The translations under genes and the position numbers were made by a program. Below the pieces are notes generated by a model. It worked only from the letters and a program-made list of their open reading frames with translations. It made no database searches and was not told where the DNA came from. From the human T2T-CHM13v2.0 reference genome, Homo sapiens, in NCBI RefSeq assembly GCF_009914755.1, contig NC_060947.1: a stretch of 64,000 nucleotides of DNA; one strand, written 5' to 3'. This document shows, piece by piece, positions 51,074-64,000 of this stretch. Within the stretch, counting starts at the first letter, position 1; every line of letters begins with the position of its first letter.

Positions 51074-51412
<339 letters not shown>

Positions 51413-53113
51413 TACTTTTTCTCTTGTAATTGCTTTCATTTCGTTTAACAAAGGAATACTGTAAAATAGGGTTTAAGAGCATGTTTTCACGGTTCCACTT
51501 CCCCTCTGTTTATTCTTACTGTGCTTGACATGGCTTTAGAGAAGGGGACACTCCAAGGGCTCCTGGCACGACAGCGATGGTGAGACTTCCCACAGGGAAG
51601 TGGTGTCTCCTTCCCACAGGGCTCCCAGAGACTCTGTCTTCTAGTGAAAGAAGGGCAGCTGACTACGAAAAGGGGCTGTTTCCGGTCGAGGATTTGTGGC
51701 AGTTGGGGTCCATGTGTCAGAATGACTGAGTTGGGGTGAAAGGGATTACTTTATCATTTCTTCTCAGAATACAGGGCGGCTTAAGGGGTACATTGAGAAT
51801 CACAGGGAATGCCAAGGCTTACAATCTCTGTAAAGGGAAGTAGTATTTTCAGGAGAGCCCATAAGAGGGCAGTATTAACGAAGGATCAATTTCTACAGGT
51901 TCTACAGAGTGGGAGAGCCAGGGTATATACTCTTGAGCCCACATCCAAAGCACCACAGTCTTTAAAAATGCCATGCTCAGCCTCACAAAAACCCAGATGC
52001 TTCTGTGCTTTATTTTAGCACGTACCCACCTGTTAAGGTATGGGGAAACAACCAAAAGCCAAGTATGTGTATAAAATTACAACCCTGTGTAGACAGACGC
52101 CCTCCCTCATCTGCCTCCCAAAGTGGGAGAATGAATGACAGAAGTTAAGATAGGCATTACTAAAGCTAGAATTGACTAGGAATTTTAGTTAGTTCGGTGG
52201 CATACAACAATTTTACATAACAATTATAATTATTAATGAGGTACACTAAATTATATCAGATTTATAGAAGTTTCCCACAATTTTGGAATGTATTTATACA
52301 AAACAGCCCAAAGAAACCGAAAAACCATTTCACATTTGACAATGCTTCCTATATGATTGCTATACCAAATAAGCCAAATACATCATTTTTGGATGATAGG
52401 AACCCTAATATATAAATGATTAATTAGGTCAGAAATAGAAATACTTTATAATTTGATTTTGAAAAACTTTTTTATTAAATATAAGAGGTTTAAAACACTG
52501 AATATCACAAAATAGAATTCCAGGTCACATAAGTCATTCATTTAGCCAAAATGTGGTAGGGCTACAGTTACAGACATCTTGTGGTGGAGCTACAGACAGA
52601 CATCTTGCAATGGGTATACAGACAGATGCCTGACCATAGAGCTACAGTTATGGAATATCTCCCCAGGACTATTTTTCTATTGCAATTAAATCCCTGCACA
52701 TTGAGTCAGCAGATCCCCATTGGTAGAGAAAGTACCACAGTCATCTCCAAGTCCAAGAGAGCTAGGTGGCCATTTGGGCTGGCCTCTAGACTCTCTGGCC
52801 TCATCACCAGAGAGAGACTACTGAACCCCAAGTACATAGCCAGAAGGGCAATCCCAGACAAGCTCCCAAATTTGTAACCACCCAAGGGGTTCACCTTACA
52901 CAGTGCCTAGAAAAGCCCATTTATCAAAACAGGGGAAATGCAATAGCGAAAGAGTAATTCACACTGAGTGTTCTGTGCAGGAGACCAGAATTTTATTATT
53001 ACTCAGATCAGTCTTTTGATTTGCATATGTTGAAGGATCCTTGCATCCCTGGAGTAAATCCTGTATGATCACGGTATATTTTATTTTTAGTGTGCTGTGA
53101 ATTCAGCTTGCTA

Positions 53114-56890
<3,777 letters not shown>

Positions 56891-57772
56891 ATTTGTTCAT
56901 TAGACACACCCCGTGTGGTGCCTAATGTTTATTCATTTCTGTTGCCTAATTGCTCTGGGTAGTACTTCAAGTATTTTGTTTAATAAAGGCAGAAAAGTGG
57001 GTATTTTTGTGTTCTTCCTGATATTAGAGGAAAGCTTTCAGCTTTGCCTCATACAGTATGTTGTTAGATGTCCGTTTGTGAAAATGTGTCCTTTATTGTA
57101 TTGATGTGGCCTTCCTTCTAAACCTACTTTATTTTTTATCTGAAGAATGTCGCATGTTATCACGTGCTTTCTCTTTGTCTATTGAGGTGATTATATAATG
57201 AGTGTTCTACATTCTGCTTATGTGATGTATCACATTTATTGATTTGTGTGTGTTAAACCATCTTTTCACCTCTGGGATAAACTCACCTGATCATTGTGAA
57301 TGATTTTTTAATGTGCTTCTGAATTCAGTTTTTGAAGATTTTTGCATCTACATTCAACAGGGATATTAGACTACAGTTTTTATTGTTGTGTTATTTATGG
57401 CTTTGGTATCAGTGTATTGCTAGTCTCATAGAATTAGTTTGGAAGTATTTCCTCCTTATAAAATTTTTTAAAGAATTTTGAGAACAGTCATTATTGTCTT
57501 TCTAAAAATATTTGGCAGGATTCTCTAGTGAAACCATCAGTTCCTGGACTTTTCTTTAATGGGAGATTTTTTTCTTATTATTTTAATCTCCTTACTTATA
57601 ATTGTATGCTCAGGCTTTCTATTTTTTCTTGGTTCAATCTTGGTAGCTTTTTGTGTCCAGAAATTTATTTTTTTCTGGTTTTCTAATTTGTTCTCTTAAT
57701 TTATCTGAGATTATTCTAGTGAGAATATTCTTGTATTCTCTTACAGCTGTCTGTAATATTCTCTAATGGTCC

Positions 57773-58063
57773 TTTTTTTTTTTTTTGAAGGAGTCTCGCT
57801 CTGTCGCCCAGGCTGGAGTGCAGTGGGGTGATCTCGGCTCACTGCCAGCTCTGCCTCCTGGGTTCACACCATTCTCCTCCCTCAGCCTCCAAAGTAGCTG
57901 GGACTGCAGGCCCCCACCACCACGCCCAGCTAAATTTTTATTTTTTAGTAGAGACGGGGTTTCACCATGTTAGCCACAATGGTCTCGATCTCCTGACTTC
58001 ATGTTCCACCTGCCTTAGCCTCCCAAAGTGCTGGGATTACAGGCATGAGCCACCACGCCCAGC
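57773..58063 (-). mobile_element. Alu (AluY-like)
   Basis: Y-type 'agctctgcctcctgggttcacaccattctcc'. TSD tctaatg(g/a)tccttttt. Confidence 0.93.
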
Positions 58064-58278
58064 ATCTAATGATCCTTTTTATTTTTGTGGTATCAAGTGT
58101 AAGGTTTTCTTTTCTGTTTCTGATTTTATTTGGTTTTCTTTTTGTTTCCTGATTAGTCTAGTTTATGCTTTGTCAATTGTGTTTTATTTTTTCAAAAAAC
58201 AGCTTTTTTTTTCATTTTTTTATTGTTATTTCAGTGTCAATTTTGTTTATTTTTGCTCTATTTTAAAATTTTATTTTC

Positions 58279-60220
58279 TTGACCAAGAAGCAGCTTCTCT
58301 GCCCCTTCTGGAATCTCCACCTGGTTCAGCCCACCTGCCTCCACTCCTGCTTCCACCATGTCCATCAGGGTGACCCAGAAGTCCTACAAGGTGTCCACCT
58401 CTGGCCCCTGGTTCTTCAGCAGCTGCTCCTACTTGAGTGGGCCCAGTGCCCACATCAGCTCCTTGAGCTTCTCCCGAGCGGGCAGCAGCAGCTTCCAGGG
58501 TGGCCTGGGCAGAGGCTATGGTGGGGCCAGCGGCATGGAAGTCATCACTGCTGTAATGGTCAACCAGAGCCTGCTGAGCCCCATTAACCTGGAGGTGGAC
58601 CTCAACATCCAGGCCATGCACACCTAAGAGAAGGAGCAGATCAAGACCCTCAACAAGTTTGCCTCCTTCATTGACAAGGTACAGTTCCTGGAGCAGCAGA
58701 ACAAGATGCTGGAGAACAAGTGGAGCCTCCTGCAGCAGCAGAAGATGGCTCAGAGCAACCTAGACAACATGTTCGAGAGCTACATCAACAACCTTAGGTG
58801 GCAGCTGGAGACTCTGGGCCGGAAGAAGCTGAAGCTGGAGGCAGAGCTTGGCAACATGCAGGGGCTGGTGGAGGATTTCAAGAACAAGTATGAGGATGAG
58901 ATCAATAAGTATACAGAGATGGAGAATGAATTTGTCCTCATCAAGAAGGATGTGGATGAAGCTTACATGAACAAGGTAGAGCTGGAGTATCGCCTGGAAG
59001 GGCCGACTGATGAGATCAACTTCCTCAGGAAGTTGTATGAACAAGAGATCCGGGAGCTGCAGTCCCAGATCCTGGACATGTCTGTGGTGCTGTCCATGGA
59101 CAACAGCCACTCCCTGGACATGGACAGCATCATTGCTGAGGTCAAGGTGCAGTACGAGGAGATCGCTAACCGCAGCTGGGCTGAGGCTGAGAGAATGTAC
59201 CAGAACTAGTATGAGGAACTGCAGATGCTGGCTGGGGAGCACGGGGATGACCTACTTAGTACAAAGACTGAGATCTCCACGATAAACCAGAACATCAGCT
59301 GGCTCCAGGCTGAGATTGAGGGCCTCAAAGGCCAGAGGGCTTCCTGGAGTCCACCATAACAGATGTGGAACAACGTGGGGAGCTGGTCATTAAGGATGCC
59401 AATGCCAAGCTTTCCCAGCTGGAGGCTGCCCTGCAGCGGGCCAAGCAGGACATGGCACTGCAGCTGCATGAGTACCAGGAGCTGATGAACTTCAAGTTGG
59501 CTCAGGACATCGTGATCACCACCTACAGGAAGCTGCTGGAGAGCGAGGGGAGCTGGCTGGAGTCTGGGATGCAGAGCATGAGTATCCATATGAAGACCAC
59601 CAGTGGCTATGCAGGTAGTCTGAGCTCGGCCTATGGGGGCCTCACAAGCCCCAGCCTCAGCTACAGCCTGGGCTCCAGCTTTGGCTCTGGCGCTGGCTCC
59701 AGCTCCTTCAGCCACACCAGCTCCACCAGGGCCGCGGTTGTGAAGAAGATTGAGGCCCAGAATGGGAAGCTCGTGTCCAAGTCCTCTGACGTCCTGCCCA
59801 AGTGAACAGCGGTGGCAGCCCCTCCCAGCCTGCCCCTCCTGCGGCTGCCTCAGAGCCCAGAGGCAGGCTGCTGTGCAGGGAAGCACAGGGAACAGGAGAC
59901 ACACCTGAGCCTCAGCCCTAGCCCTCAGCCCACCCGCGGGGGAGTTCACGGCCTGGGGATGCCCCTTGCCCATGCCTCCAGCTACAAAACAATTCAATTT
60001 CTTCCTTCCTTCCTTCCTTGCTTCCTTCCTTCCTTCCTTCCTTCTTTCCTTCCTTCCTTCCTTCTTTCTCTTTCTTTCTTTCTTCTTTCTTTCTCTGTTC
60101 TTTCTTCTCTTTTCTTTCTTTCTTTTCTTTTTACTTTCTTTCTTTCCTTTCTTTCTTCTTTCTTTTTCTTTCTTTCTTTCCTTTTTCCAAAATAAAACCT
60201 CAGATAGCTCAGAAAAAAAA
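58279..60220 (+). pseudogene. KRT8P17: Processed keratin 8 pseudogene (CDS remnant 58358-59805)
   Basis: Intronless [17 protein letters not shown]...[22 protein letters not shown]. Premature stops at 58625-58627 and 59207-59209, frameshift at ~59345. 5'UTR, 3'UTR with AATAAA (~60190) and A tail. Parent KRT8 is certain; the pseudogene number is from recollection only. Confidence 0.96.
59998..60186. repeat. (TTCC)n/(TTTC)n polypyrimidine microsatellite
   Basis: ~190 bp of almost pure C/T inside the KRT8 retrocopy 3'UTR. Confidence 0.95.
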
Positions 60221-60789
60221 CTTTTCTTTTACTTATTTTGTATTTGATTCAATCCTAATTTTATAATTCCTTGACATGCAATGTTAGGTTGTTTATTTGA
60301 GATATTTTTTACATTCATGTAGATGTTTATTACTATAAACCTCCTGCTTTAAACTGCTTTTGTCATATCCCATTTTTTTTGGTATGGCATGTTTTTTTCA
60401 TATCTTTAAGAGAATTTTAATTTTTTTCTACTTTATTCACTGATTCATTTGTTGTTCAGGAATATTTAATTTCCATGTGTTTGTATAGTTTTGAATATTC
60501 CTTCTGTTTTTAGCTTTTAGTTTTATTCAATTTTGTACTTGAAGTTATTTCAATTCTTTAAAATTTGTTGAGACTTGTTTTTTGGCTAAACATGTAATCT
60601 ATACTGGAGAATGTTTCATATACTGATGAGAACAATATGTATTCTGTAGTTGTTGGATAAAAAATTTTGTAAATATCACCAAGTTCCATTTGGTCTAAAG
60701 GGCAGTTTAAATCTAATGATTCTTTGTGTATTTTCTGCCCAGATGATTTGTCCAAAGCTAATAGTTGAGTGTTAAGTTCTCCAGTCATT

Positions 60790-61052
<263 letters not shown>

Positions 61053-62821
61053 TGATAATATATGCTTTATATACTGGAAGTTCTAGTGTTGAATGTATAT
61101 ATATTTACCATTGTTATATCTGCTTTCTGAATTGATCACATTATTATATATATTAACTGTATTTATCTCTTTTTACAGTTTTTGCCTTAAAGTCTGTTTT
61201 ATCTGATATAAGTATAGCTATTCTTGCTTGTTTTTTATTTCTGTTGTGTGAAATATCTTTTCCCATCTCTTCACTTTTATTTTATGTGTGTCATTAAAAG
61301 TTCCTTTTTAGGTAGCTGATATTGTAGTCGTGATTTTAATTATATTCATTTTTCCAGTCAGTATTATTAAGTGGACAATTTAATCCATTTACATTTAATG
61401 CTGTGATAGACATTACTTAATATTGCTATTTCATTGTGTTTTGGGTTTTTTGTATATCATTTGTCCCTTTCTTCCTCTCTTATCATCATTGCAGTTTGGT
61501 GGTTTTCTGTAGTGGTAACATTTGCATCCTTTCTCTTTCTTATTTTTGTGTCTGTTCTACCAGTAACTTTTATACTTTTGTGTTTTCATAATGGTAGATA
61601 TTGCCCTTTTGTTTCCAGATGTAGGACTCTCTCAAGCATTTTTTGTGAGGCAGACCTAGTGGTGAAGAATGTCTTCAGTTTTTGCTTATATGGGAAAGAT
61701 TATCTTTCTTTTTTTATATTGGAGGATGGCCTGGCTGGGTATAGTATTCTTGGCCGACAGTTTTTTTTTTTTCTTTTCACTGTCTGAATATATTAACTTA
61801 TTCTCTATTGGCTTTTAAGATTTCTGCCAAGAAATCTGAGATTATTCTAATGAGGATACTGTTGTATGTGACTGTTTTTTATCTTGTTGTTTTAATAATT
61901 ATCTCTTAGTCTTTTGACTTCTGACAGTTTGACCATAATGTTACCCCTGAGAGCACCTTCTTGGGTTGAATATGTTTTGCAATCTTTGAGCTTCCTGGAT
62001 CTAAATGTTTATATCTCCCTCACAACTTGGAAATGTTTCAGCTATTCACTTACTAAATGTGTTTTCTATGCCTTTCCCCATCCCTTCTTTTTCAAAAACT
62101 CCTGTCATACAAATATTTATTCACTAATGGTGTCCCATAAATCTTGCAGTCTGTCTTCACTCTTTTTTATTTTCATTGCTTTTTTTTCCCTCTGACTGGG
62201 TAATTTCAAATAACCAACATTGTAGTTCAGAGGTTCTTTTTTCTCATCGTGATTAAGTCTTCCATTGAAGCTCTCCTTCCTGTTGTGTTTTTTATTTTGT
62301 TCATTTAATTCTTCAGATGTAAGATTTCTGTCTTCTTCTTTTTTATGGTATTTATTTTTTGAAAAATAATTATTGTTTATATTGTAAATTGTTTTCCTGA
62401 TTTTGCTGAATTTTCTCACTGTACTTTCTTGCATCTCATGAAATTCTTTTAATATTCTTGTTTTGAATTCTTTCTCTGGCAATTTGTAGATTTCCCTTTT
62501 ATAGCAGCATGTTATTAGAGAGTAACAGTGTGTCTTTGTTGGTGTCATATTTCTTGGGTTTTTTGTTTTTCTGTTTGTTTCTTGTGTGTTTGCATTGATG
62601 TTTGTGAAACTGATAGGACAACTGCATTTCCAAAATTTTAAAAGTGTCTTTCAGAGAGAAAGAATTTCACCTTTTGGGGGTTTTAGTGTGCCAGTTGGGA
62701 AGGGTGTGGTTACTCTGTTTAATGGTAGATTCATTGGTATACTCTTCATACAACTTCTTCAGCTGTGTTCAATTTGACAATAACTGTGATTACCTTGGTG
62801 ACTGGGGCTGTAGAAGTTTGT

Positions 62822-62844
62822 AGCAGCAGCAGCAGCAGCAGCAG
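62822..62844. repeat. (AGC)7 trinucleotide repeat
   Basis: agcagcagcagcagcagcagcag. Confidence 0.9.
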
Positions 62845-62930
62845 TAGTGTAGTTTGTTAATGTCCTTGTTGGTAAGAGCATTTGAGTCCTCTTATTCTCA
62901 TTTTTCCCAAAATAAGGAGATGCAACCAAG

Positions 62931-64000
62931 TGATGGCAGCAGCCACTGCCATCATGCTGGCTGCAGCAGGGAGGTATGTCTGGGGCTGCATACTCCATGG
63001 AGCCAGTGGGAGCCAAGGACCAGCAGTAGCTTTGCCCCTTCTAAGTTGGGATGGGAGCTCCTCATGTTCAGCTGCAGCCACCCAAATCATGGCTGTAAAC
63101 CCAGGCATCTCACTCCATGGAGCAGGCAAAAACCCCTCCCTCCTGGGTTGGGCTGCAGCTATCCCATTTGCAGCTGTAGATCCAAGCCTCCCTGTGCTAT
63201 TGGTGGGGCCCAGGAGTAGGCAGAATCTCTGCCCCTTGGGTACAGGCCCATTTGCCCAACCCACAGCTGCAGACCTAGGTCTCCTGCTCCACTAAGCTGG
63301 CAGGAGTTGGGATGAGCAGGAGCCCCACCCTTTCCCAGTTGGCAGGGTGGGAGCTACCCAGGTGCAGCTGCATTCTCCATGCCAGGTGCACAACCTGGTG
63401 CATCCTCATGGCCTGGAAAGGCCCCCATCCATGTTCCAAAAGGCTTGGGGTTATCTGCTCCTGCTGCCTGGCCTCTCTCTGCTCCCAGGATCTGCTCTTA
63501 TCTGAGTGTGGGGTTGAGGTCAAAACAGGGCACTGTCACAGCCTGGCAGGTGTGCACATGCTCAGGGAAATATTGACATGCTCTCTCCCTGCCCTCTTGT
63601 CCCCCTCCAGAAGTTAGGCCCTGATGAACATGAGATGGGAAGCTAAGTGGGAGACTGAGGGGGGCTGGGCACTGGCCTGCAGGTGCCCCTTGGTGTCAGT
63701 AGCCTGGGCACCATGGATGATTACAGGAGGCAGACAGGCTCCTGAGTGGAAGAGGGAGGGTCTCCAGTGAAGCCTCACCTTCAGGACAGACTGCCAGTCC
63801 TGTGGACCAGATGGGGGAGCTTATGGTGCTTTGTTTCTGGGCCTGCCAGTGGCCACTGATGTACCAATGAGCATGCACTTCCTCCCTTCTGAGGTCCATA
63901 AATGCCCTAGGCTCAGCCTAAGCAGTGCAGAGGACTGAGAGGACAGAAAGGATGGAGACACAATGGAATGATCAGCTGCAGAGAGGAGTTACCCTCTCTA
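62931..64000 (+). mobile_element. MER52-like ERV1 LTR (runs off the window end)
   Basis: Abrupt GC-rich start 'tgatggcagcagccactgccatcatgctggctgcagcagggagg', matching recalled MER52. TATA-like 'cataaaa' at ~63897. Confidence 0.75.

Noticed and set aside
59206-59997. 263-aa minus-strand ORF
   Set aside because: Antisense shadow of GC-rich KRT8 coding sequence; no independent support.
62822-62844. CAG/CTG repeat as an expansion locus
   Set aside because: Only ~7 units, inside a decayed L1 region, not in a gene.

Overview
Primate (human-like) genomic DNA, almost entirely nested retroelements, with no intact protein-coding gene. The long ORFs are L1 ORF2 fragments or pseudogene pieces. There are two processed pseudogenes: a 5'-truncated MYCL retrocopy (minus, ~5572-8508) inside an ERVL-class pol gene, and a full-length KRT8 retrocopy (plus, ~58279-60220). 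From memory this pairing fits MYCLP2/KRT8P17 at Xp11.21; that is not verified. The backbone is an ERVL-class provirus split by a full-length L1M, which holds another full-length L1, which in turn holds younger L1PA/Alu copies. The most notable structures are: two ERV1 (MER4-group) copies shaped like L1-retroposed mRNAs (R-U5...U3-R-polyA plus TSD); a ~2.9 kb block of much older repeats inside one of them; up to three L1 3' transductions; a twin-primed inverted L1; and an L1 5'UTR built from ~11 tandem ~140-bp monomers. Family and subfamily names come from recalled consensus sequences and need RepeatMasker/Dfam confirmation. I see no evidence of a new functional system, only unusually well-preserved records of retrotransposition mechanisms.
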